Of a DNA stretch of 64,000 nucleotides, positions 57,768 through 64,000 are shown in pieces (positions within the stretch are counted from its first letter, which is position 1; each line of letters opens with the position of its first letter). The translations under genes were made by a program, and so were the position numbers. Source of the stretch: Acidimicrobiaceae bacterium (GTDB taxonomy: Bacteria > Actinomycetota > Acidimicrobiia > Acidimicrobiales > RAAP-2); contig PLZP01000107.1 of NCBI GenBank assembly GCA_003152215.1, positions 75,395-139,394 on the forward strand, given 5' to 3'. Below the pieces are notes generated by a model. That model had not been told where the DNA came from. It saw only the letters and a program-made list of their open reading frames with translations, and made no database searches.

Positions 57768-58697
57768 GTGATGGTGTCGACTGCAGTGGTTGACACCGTC
57801 ACCGGACCACCTCTTCAAGAACTCTGGAAGACGCGACACGATAAGACGCGTTACCAATGGAGCAGTCTCGGACTCCTCACGCCGACGTTCGCGCTGCTGA
57901 TTTTCCTCTTTCTCGTGCCCATGGGGTTCGCGATCTATCTGGGGTTGACCAATCTGACGTTGATTGGTCCCACCGCAGTGCACTCGAGCTTTACCGGCAC
58001 CGCGAACCTGATTCGCCTCAAGGGCGACACGACATTCTGGAGCTCGCTATGGGTTACCGGCATCTTCATTGTCGGCTCGATTGTCGGTGTCGTGGTACTG
58101 GGGTACACGTTGGCGTCGCTTCTCATGCGCGCCACTCCGTGGATGCGTGTGGTCGTGGGTGGCATTGTCGTGATCTCGTGGATGATGCCCGCCGTGACGG
58201 CCGGTATGACGTGGTACGCGTCGACGACGGGCAACGGCACGTTCGGCACACTCTTTGGACACCCCAACGCCAACCTCCTCGACGCCCAACCACTCCTCGT
58301 GGTGACGCTGGCGAGCATCTGGTCAATGACGGGATTTTCCATGCTCGTGATGGGCGCGGCGCTTCGTAACATTCCGAGCGAGGCAATCGAGGCGGCCATT
58401 GTCGAGAATGCGTCAACGTGGCAGCGATTCCGGATGATTGTCTTGCCGCTCCTGCGACCAACGATGACGGCGATCGTGCTGCTCACCGGCCTGTTGGCGT
58501 TGGCGAACTTCGCGTTGATTTACATCATGACCCAAGGTGGTCCCGGCAACTCGACGAACATCCTGCCGCTCTACTCGTACCAACAGGCCTTCACGTTCAA
58601 CAACCTTGCGTACGGCGCGCTGATCGGCAACGTCATGGTGCTCATCGCGACCGTCTTTGGCGTCTTCTACGTTCGAATCACTACGAGGCGTATATGA
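57768..58697 (+). CDS. sugar ABC permease
   Basis: EAA loop IPSEAIEAAIVENASTWQRF; MTQGGPG. Confidence 0.87.
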   Translation: MMVSTAVVDTVTGPPLQELWKTRHDKTRYQWSSLGLLTPTFALLIFLFLVPMGFAIYLGLTNLTLIGPTAVHSSFTGTANLIRLKGDTTFWSSLWVTGIFIVGSIVGVVVLGYTLASLLMRATPWMRVVVGGIVVISWMMPAVTAGMTWYASTTGNGTFGTLFGHPNANLLDAQPLLVVTLASIWSMTGFSMLVMGAALRNIPSEAIEAAIVENASTWQRFRMIVLPLLRPTMTAIVLLTGLLALANFALIYIMTQGGPGNSTNILPLYSYQQAFTFNNLAYGALIGNVMVLIATVFGVFYVRITTRRI

Positions 58698-59590
58698 CCC
58701 ACAATGACAGTGCGTCGACCAGTCAAGTTACGACGACGGTCGTCGATGAGCCAATCCGTCCACCGGAGAATCGTCAGACGCAGCGCACGCTTGTGCGCAG
58801 CCTGACGCTTCACACGATTCTCGCCGGGCTCGGGATCTTGTTCCTCGCTCCCATGCTCTGGCTCTTTCTGGCCTCCATCGACTCGCACGCGTCCTGGGGC
58901 ATCGAATGGCCACACTTCTCGCTGATTAATTTCCGACACGTACTTACGGGCAGTCTGCTCCACTCCTTGTGGAATAGCGTCGTCCTCGCGTTCATTTCCA
59001 CCACGATTGCGTCCGTGGCTGGTGTCTTCGCCGCCTACGCGCTGTCGCGTCGACGGATCCCGTTCAAGGGCCCGCTCATCCTGTTCATCATCTTCTCGTC
59101 GGGCGTGCCACTCGCGATCATGGTGATCCCCGTCTACGAGATCTTCTCGAGGTTCGGCTTCCTCTCCATACTTCCGACGGCCGTCTTCCTCTCCGTGACC
59201 TCGCTACCCTTCGAGGTCTATTTGATGAAGAATTTCATTGACGCTGTCCCCACCGACCTCGAGGAGGCGGCCCGCATGGAGCGCGCTTCGACCTTGCAGG
59301 TGTTGCGACGAGTGGTCATTCCGCTGGCGCTGCCCGGTATCGCGGCTGCGGCCATCTTTGGCTTCGTCAACGCGTGGGGTTCGTTCGTCGTTCCACTCAT
59401 CTTGATAAGTCCCGCGAACCAACAGCCCGCTCCCATCGCGATCTACACCTTCCTCACGCTGCCTAAAGCCCAGTTCGGCAACATTGCCGCCTACTCTCTC
59501 ATCTTTTGTGTACCCGTCTTCATCCTCTACGCCGTCTCCTCGCGCCTCTTCCGAGAAGGTTTCGTCCTGGGCGGGGGCGTGAAGGGATGA
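58694..59590 (+). CDS. sugar ABC permease
   Basis: FIDAVPTDLEEAARME, VIPLALPG, NAWG and C-terminal GGVKG. Confidence 0.87.
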   Translation: MTHNDSASTSQVTTTVVDEPIRPPENRQTQRTLVRSLTLHTILAGLGILFLAPMLWLFLASIDSHASWGIEWPHFSLINFRHVLTGSLLHSLWNSVVLAFISTTIASVAGVFAAYALSRRRIPFKGPLILFIIFSSGVPLAIMVIPVYEIFSRFGFLSILPTAVFLSVTSLPFEVYLMKNFIDAVPTDLEEAARMERASTLQVLRRVVIPLALPGIAAAAIFGFVNAWGSFVVPLILISPANQQPAPIAIYTFLTLPKAQFGNIAAYSLIFCVPVFILYAVSSRLFREGFVLGGGVKG

Positions 59591-59660
59591 GGCGACACGG
59601 CAACACCACTGGCGTCGTGGTGAACCCGACGCGTCGCCCTGTTCGAGACGGGGCCGTGAC

Positions 59661-60761
59661 ATGACTCGACGACTACGAGTCGGCGTGATCGGCGTCGGCG
59701 TCATCGGGCAGGTCATGCACCTGCACTTCCTACGTGAGTTGAAAGATCGCTTTGAAATCGCCGCGATCTGTGACCTTTCGATCGACACTGCTCGCGGCTG
59801 CGCCGATGAGTACGGCGTCGAAGCTGTCTTCACCGACTGGCGCGAGATGCTGCGCAGTCCACTCGACGCAGTACTCGTGCTCACGTCGGGCAGTCACGCT
59901 CCGATCGCGGTCGAGGCCGCACGGGCCGGCCTTCACGTCTTCGTCGAGAAGCCAATGTGCTTCTCGACCGCGGAGGCGACCGAGATGGTTGATGCCGCGA
60001 CGTCCGCTGGCGTCACCCTTATGGTCGGCTACCCCAAGCGCTACGACCCCGCCTTCGTACGCTTTCGCGAGGAAGTGTCCCGCATTGAGGGTCCCAAACT
60101 TCTTCGGGTCACGACGACGGAGTCACCGTTCCTTCCCTACATTGAGCACTACACACTCGTGGCCCCGGGATCGGTGTCCGACACCGTGTTGGCCCCGCTG
60201 CGCGAGGACTCGCACCGACGACTGGTCGCAGCGATTGGTACGGACGACGCATTCCTGGTCGAGCAGTATCAGGCCGTACTTCTCGACACGCTCGTGCACG
60301 AGATCAATACCGTGCGGGGCGTGCTGGGCGAGCCCGCGCGACTCGACTACGTCGACATGCGCAAGGGTTCGCTCGCGGTCATTCTTAACTACGGACCGAC
60401 GTCCGCGGCCATTCACTGGGTCGACGTGCCGGGCATGACGCGTTATTCGATGGAGTTCATGATGTTCGGATCGTCACAGCGCGCGACCTTGACCTTTCCC
60501 TCGCCGTACCTGCGCAACGCGCCCACGATGCTCGAGCTCGAGAGCGGCACGGCGAATGACGTCGCGTCGTGGCGTCGCGACGACGTGACCTCCTACGAGA
60601 GCGGCTTCAAGGAGGAACTCGTTGCGTTCTACGACGCGGTAACCGGCGTCGCGCCAGTTGCGACTGACGGCGCCGACAGCGGACGCGACATTGCGATGTG
60701 CCAGGCGATCATTCGTTTCGTGCAGGACGGTAGACCAATAGAGCGCCCCACGGAGTACTAA
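59661..60761 (+). CDS. Gfo/Idh/MocA oxidoreductase
   Basis: VGVIGVGVIG, VFVEKPM and MVGYPKRYDP motifs. Confidence 0.85.
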   Translation: MTRRLRVGVIGVGVIGQVMHLHFLRELKDRFEIAAICDLSIDTARGCADEYGVEAVFTDWREMLRSPLDAVLVLTSGSHAPIAVEAARAGLHVFVEKPMCFSTAEATEMVDAATSAGVTLMVGYPKRYDPAFVRFREEVSRIEGPKLLRVTTTESPFLPYIEHYTLVAPGSVSDTVLAPLREDSHRRLVAAIGTDDAFLVEQYQAVLLDTLVHEINTVRGVLGEPARLDYVDMRKGSLAVILNYGPTSAAIHWVDVPGMTRYSMEFMMFGSSQRATLTFPSPYLRNAPTMLELESGTANDVASWRRDDVTSYESGFKEELVAFYDAVTGVAPVATDGADSGRDIAMCQAIIRFVQDGRPIERPTEY

Positions 60762-60815
60762 GGGTAAATCGCAGTCGATGAGAAGTCTCGAAGTCCCAAC
60801 AAAAGGAAGAGAACA

Positions 60816-61733
60816 ATGAAAGCAACAGTCGCCAACGCGCCGATCAGTTACGGAGCCTTCGAGCTCACGGTGGGAATCGACCCGAACGTCCCTGACGGCG
60901 AGCAAATCTTGGACGAGGTGCAGAACGCGGGCTACGCCGGCATCGACCTCGGTCCCGTCGGCTACCTCGGCGATGGTCCCGTCCTCGCCGAGCGCCTCGC
61001 CGCACGACAACTCGGGCTCGCGGGCGCGTACCTGGAGTTCCCCTTCACCGACCACGAGGCGTTGAAAAGTCTCTACCCGGAGCTCGACGCGATGCTTGAT
61101 ACATTCGACGCCGTTCGTTCCGTCGTCCCTGGACCGGCTCCCCGTCCGACCATCGCCGACGCCGGCAGCGACGCACGTCGCGCCGCACCCGGACGCAGTC
61201 ACTCGGACCCGTCGCGCGGCCTCGATAACGAAGGATGGGACCGCATGAAGGTTGGCCTCGCCTCAGTCGTCGAGCGCTGCCGTGCCCGCGGCTACGAGCC
61301 AACGTTCCACCACGAGACGGGCACGTACGTGGAGGCGCCGTGGGAAATCCAGCGCATTCTCGACATCTCCGACGTTGGGTTATGCCTTGACACCGGCCAT
61401 TTCTTCATTGGGGGCGGTGACCCCGTCGTCGCAATCCACGAGTGGGCCGATCGAATCAATCACGTGCACGTGAAGGACGCGCTACGCGCAGTAATGGACG
61501 GCATCATCGCGGACAATGCGCCAACGACGAGTATCTGGTCACGCGAGGCGTTCCCCGCGTTCGGCGAGGGCGACGCCAATGTCGCGGGCGTCCTCGCGGC
61601 GCTGCAGCAGATTGACTACGAAGGTTGGCTCGTCGTGGAGCAGGACATCTTCCCCCAGACCTCCGATCGATTCGCGCAGGCCATCGATGACCAGAAGAAG
61701 AATCGCGTCTACCTCGCCGATCACCAGGTCTAG
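60816..61733 (+). CDS. IolE-like inosose dehydratase / sugar-phosphate isomerase TIM barrel
   Basis: ANAPISYG, GIDLGPVGYL, FHHETGTYVE, LCLDTGH, HVHVKD and WLVVEQD motifs. Confidence 0.82.
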   Translation: MKATVANAPISYGAFELTVGIDPNVPDGEQILDEVQNAGYAGIDLGPVGYLGDGPVLAERLAARQLGLAGAYLEFPFTDHEALKSLYPELDAMLDTFDAVRSVVPGPAPRPTIADAGSDARRAAPGRSHSDPSRGLDNEGWDRMKVGLASVVERCRARGYEPTFHHETGTYVEAPWEIQRILDISDVGLCLDTGHFFIGGGDPVVAIHEWADRINHVHVKDALRAVMDGIIADNAPTTSIWSREAFPAFGEGDANVAGVLAALQQIDYEGWLVVEQDIFPQTSDRFAQAIDDQKKNRVYLADHQV

Positions 61734-61741
61734 GTAACGCG

Positions 61742-62665
61742 ATGTTCCGAATCGGACTGGTCGGTGCCGGAAGAATGGGGCGTACGCACCTACGCGCGCT
61801 GCAAGAGAACAGCACCGTACGAATAGTCGCGGTGGTTGAACCGGTCGACTCGTTGCGCGACGAGGCCGAGTCGAGCTTCGAGGTCACTGGCTTCGCCACG
61901 CTTGAGGACATGTTGAGTGCGGGCGACATCGACGGCGTACTCATCGTCACGCCGAGCGATTCGCACGTCGAGGTCATTGCCCGCGTGGCGAGCGCGGGGT
62001 TGGCGATTCTCTGTGAGAAGCCGTGTGGCGTGACCGCCGACGACACGCGCCGTGCCCAGGCCCTCGTGCGCGAGGCCGGTGTCGCACTTCAGATTGGGTA
62101 CTGGCGCCGCTTCGTCCCCGAACTTCAGGCGCTCCGTGAAGGGATAGGCAATGGCGACTTTGGCGACGTCCTCTCGCTGTCGTGTCTGCAATGGGATGGT
62201 GAGCCTCCTTCGGCGGCCTTTCGCGCGCGCAGTGGAGGGATCTTCATCGACATGGGTGTCCACGAATTCGATCAAGCGAGGTGGCTGACGGGTGGTGACT
62301 TCGGTACCCTCAGCGCGTACGCCTCGCCGATCATCGCCGATGACGACTGTGACGACGATCCCGATAGTGCGCAGGTGTTGGCGGCGACATCGTCGGGCAC
62401 CACCGTCTTCGTGTCACTCGGTCGTCACTACGCCGGCGGCGATATGGCGAGCGTCGAACTCTTTGGTACCAAAGGCCATACGGCGTCACTGTTCTTGAAT
62501 CCCGACGACGGTGAACGGTCGCAGCTCGAGGCGTTAGTTCGCCAAGCGGAAGCGTTCGCCGAGTTCGCAGGTGGGGGAACCTGTCGCGGGGCGACCGTCG
62601 ACGACGCCATCGCCGCGCTCGAAGCGGCCGGTCGTTGCGCCGATCAGTTGGCGCAGAAGCGCTGA
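61742..62665 (+). CDS. myo-inositol 2-dehydrogenase-like (IolG) oxidoreductase
   Basis: GAGRMG, LCEKP, IGYWRRF and SGGIFIDMGVHEFD motifs. Confidence 0.82.
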   Translation: MFRIGLVGAGRMGRTHLRALQENSTVRIVAVVEPVDSLRDEAESSFEVTGFATLEDMLSAGDIDGVLIVTPSDSHVEVIARVASAGLAILCEKPCGVTADDTRRAQALVREAGVALQIGYWRRFVPELQALREGIGNGDFGDVLSLSCLQWDGEPPSAAFRARSGGIFIDMGVHEFDQARWLTGGDFGTLSAYASPIIADDDCDDDPDSAQVLAATSSGTTVFVSLGRHYAGGDMASVELFGTKGHTASLFLNPDDGERSQLEALVRQAEAFAEFAGGGTCRGATVDDAIAALEAAGRCADQLAQKR

Positions 62666-62668
62666 GCC

Positions 62669-63799
62669 GTGACGGCGAACAAGGAACTACGAGTTGGCAT
62701 CGTTGGCTACGGCATGATGGGTCGCGCGCACGCCTACGCCTACCGCGCGGCGCCACTGATCCGACCATCGTCGGTGGCCTTCACGCCCGTCATCATGTCG
62801 GGGCGTAACGCAGAAGCTGTCGCAAAGGCGTCCGCGGCGTGCGGCATCGACGATTGGGTCACCGATTGGCGCCAACTCATTGAGCGCAGTGACGTCGACG
62901 TCGTCGACGTCTGCACTCCGCCGGGCACCCACGCAACGATCATCGAGGCCGCTGCGCACGCCGGTAAGGACGTGTTCTGTGAGAAGCCACTCGCAACGAA
63001 CTACGCCGACGCGGTCGCCGCGCGCGACGCAGTCGTCGCCGCGGGCGTTCGTCACGCCATCGGATTTAACTATCGTCGCCTACCCGCGGTGTCGCTCATG
63101 GCCGAGATGGTGGCGACCGGCGAACTCGGCGACATCAACTTGTGGCGCGGAACCTGGCTGTCGGACGAATTCGTTGACCCCGATATCGCTTTTGACTGGC
63201 GTTTCGAGTCGTCGATGGGCGGTTCCACGATTAGCGACCTCGGCAGTCACCTCATCGACATGGCGATGTGGATGCTCGGTCCGATTGATGACGTGTCGGC
63301 AATGTCCTCGACGTTCATCCGCGACCGCGACGCGGGCGGGCAATCCAGGGCCGTCGAGGTCGACGACGCGTCGTCGGCCCTCGTGCGATTCACGTCGGGC
63401 GTGCAAGGAACGATGGAGGTCGCGCGAGCGGCCCCCCGTCGACCGTGCGACTTCACTGTCGAGGTCAATGGCAGTAAGGGAACTGCACTGTTTTCCTATC
63501 CCCAGTTGAACGAGTTGTGGGTTGGAAGTACGGATGACGATGCACGCCTCTATGGCCTTCGACGTGTTCGGGCCGAACACCCGTCACAACCCGAGACCGC
63601 CGGTTGGTGGCCGATCGGCCAGGGCGTGGGTTACGACGCGAGTTTGATTAACCAAGTGGCCGACTTGGCTGCGACGTGGCTGGACCACGAGTGGAGCCCG
63701 GACTTTTCAGTTGGCGCCAATGTCGCTGCTGTCTGCAGTGCAATGGAGCGCTCTGCGTCAGACCGTCGCTGGGTTTCAGTGCGCGAGATCGTCGAGTAG
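62669..63799 (+). CDS. Gfo/Idh/MocA oxidoreductase
   Basis: GYGMMGRAH, FCEKPLA, GFNYRRLPA, DLGSHLID and EVNGSKG motifs. Confidence 0.87.
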   Translation: MTANKELRVGIVGYGMMGRAHAYAYRAAPLIRPSSVAFTPVIMSGRNAEAVAKASAACGIDDWVTDWRQLIERSDVDVVDVCTPPGTHATIIEAAAHAGKDVFCEKPLATNYADAVAARDAVVAAGVRHAIGFNYRRLPAVSLMAEMVATGELGDINLWRGTWLSDEFVDPDIAFDWRFESSMGGSTISDLGSHLIDMAMWMLGPIDDVSAMSSTFIRDRDAGGQSRAVEVDDASSALVRFTSGVQGTMEVARAAPRRPCDFTVEVNGSKGTALFSYPQLNELWVGSTDDDARLYGLRRVRAEHPSQPETAGWWPIGQGVGYDASLINQVADLAATWLDHEWSPDFSVGANVAAVCSAMERSASDRRWVSVREIVE

Positions 63800-63891
63800 A
63801 GCGCCGCAACTTCGCTGCAGAAATACGCTCTGACGAAGAATTACAGGATTGCACACCCGGAGAATCTGCGCTGCAAAGAACAAATGGTCTC

Positions 63892-63999
63892 TCAACCAAA
63901 CTCGGCGCCATGCAAGGTGTCCTGCACTGGGTCATCGGCGTCCTCGACGGAGGCGAGCATTCGATAACGGTGGGCGTGAAGTTCGCTCCGGTGTACTTC
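63892..63999 (-). pseudogene. truncated ECF sigma factor (SigG-like) region-2 remnant running off the window edge
   Basis: EVHRSELHAHRYRMLASVEDADDPVQDTL resembles HRRELHAHCYRMLGSxxDAEDxVQETL, then hits a premature stop. Confidence 0.55.
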
Positions 64000-64000
64000 G

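Noticed and set aside
1-64000. Mobile elements, prophage, tRNA/rRNA, inteins
   Set aside because: No transposase, integrase, terminal repeats or structural-RNA signatures were recognised; DnaB is normal length

Overview
High-GC chromosomal segment of an actinobacterium. Gene content and order suggest Acidimicrobiia, which is an inference. From start to end it holds: the ino1/PadR/DUF5318-panB-rpsF-ssb-rpsR-rplI-dnaB block; a CstR-like/CoA-persulfide-reductase locus with a 59-aa Cys-rich microprotein below the ORF-track cutoff; a sulfonate/sulfate-ester ABC + arylsulfatase + OsmC locus with two copies of a shared operator; rlmN; a 2-oxoacid dehydrogenase E1a/E1b/E2 operon; an orphan RegX3-like regulator; a secreted disulfide-repeat propeller protein; a polyamine-type ABC transporter; a GT4/toroid/GH130 operon; putA with a Pro-stop uORF; a YtrA-type ABC operon; and a large inositol catabolic cluster with a CUT1 transporter, an MFS and an amidase. 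I found no rRNA, tRNA, CRISPR array, integrase or transposase. Four small gene remnants are present. The best leads are the Cys-rich microprotein in the persulfide locus, three of three solute-binding proteins lacking a lipobox, the GT4-GH130 operon, the variant inositol pathway and several candidate cis-elements. All calls come from motif recognition by eye, with no database searches. Where I moved a start codon relative to the ORF track, I used RBS and overlap evidence.
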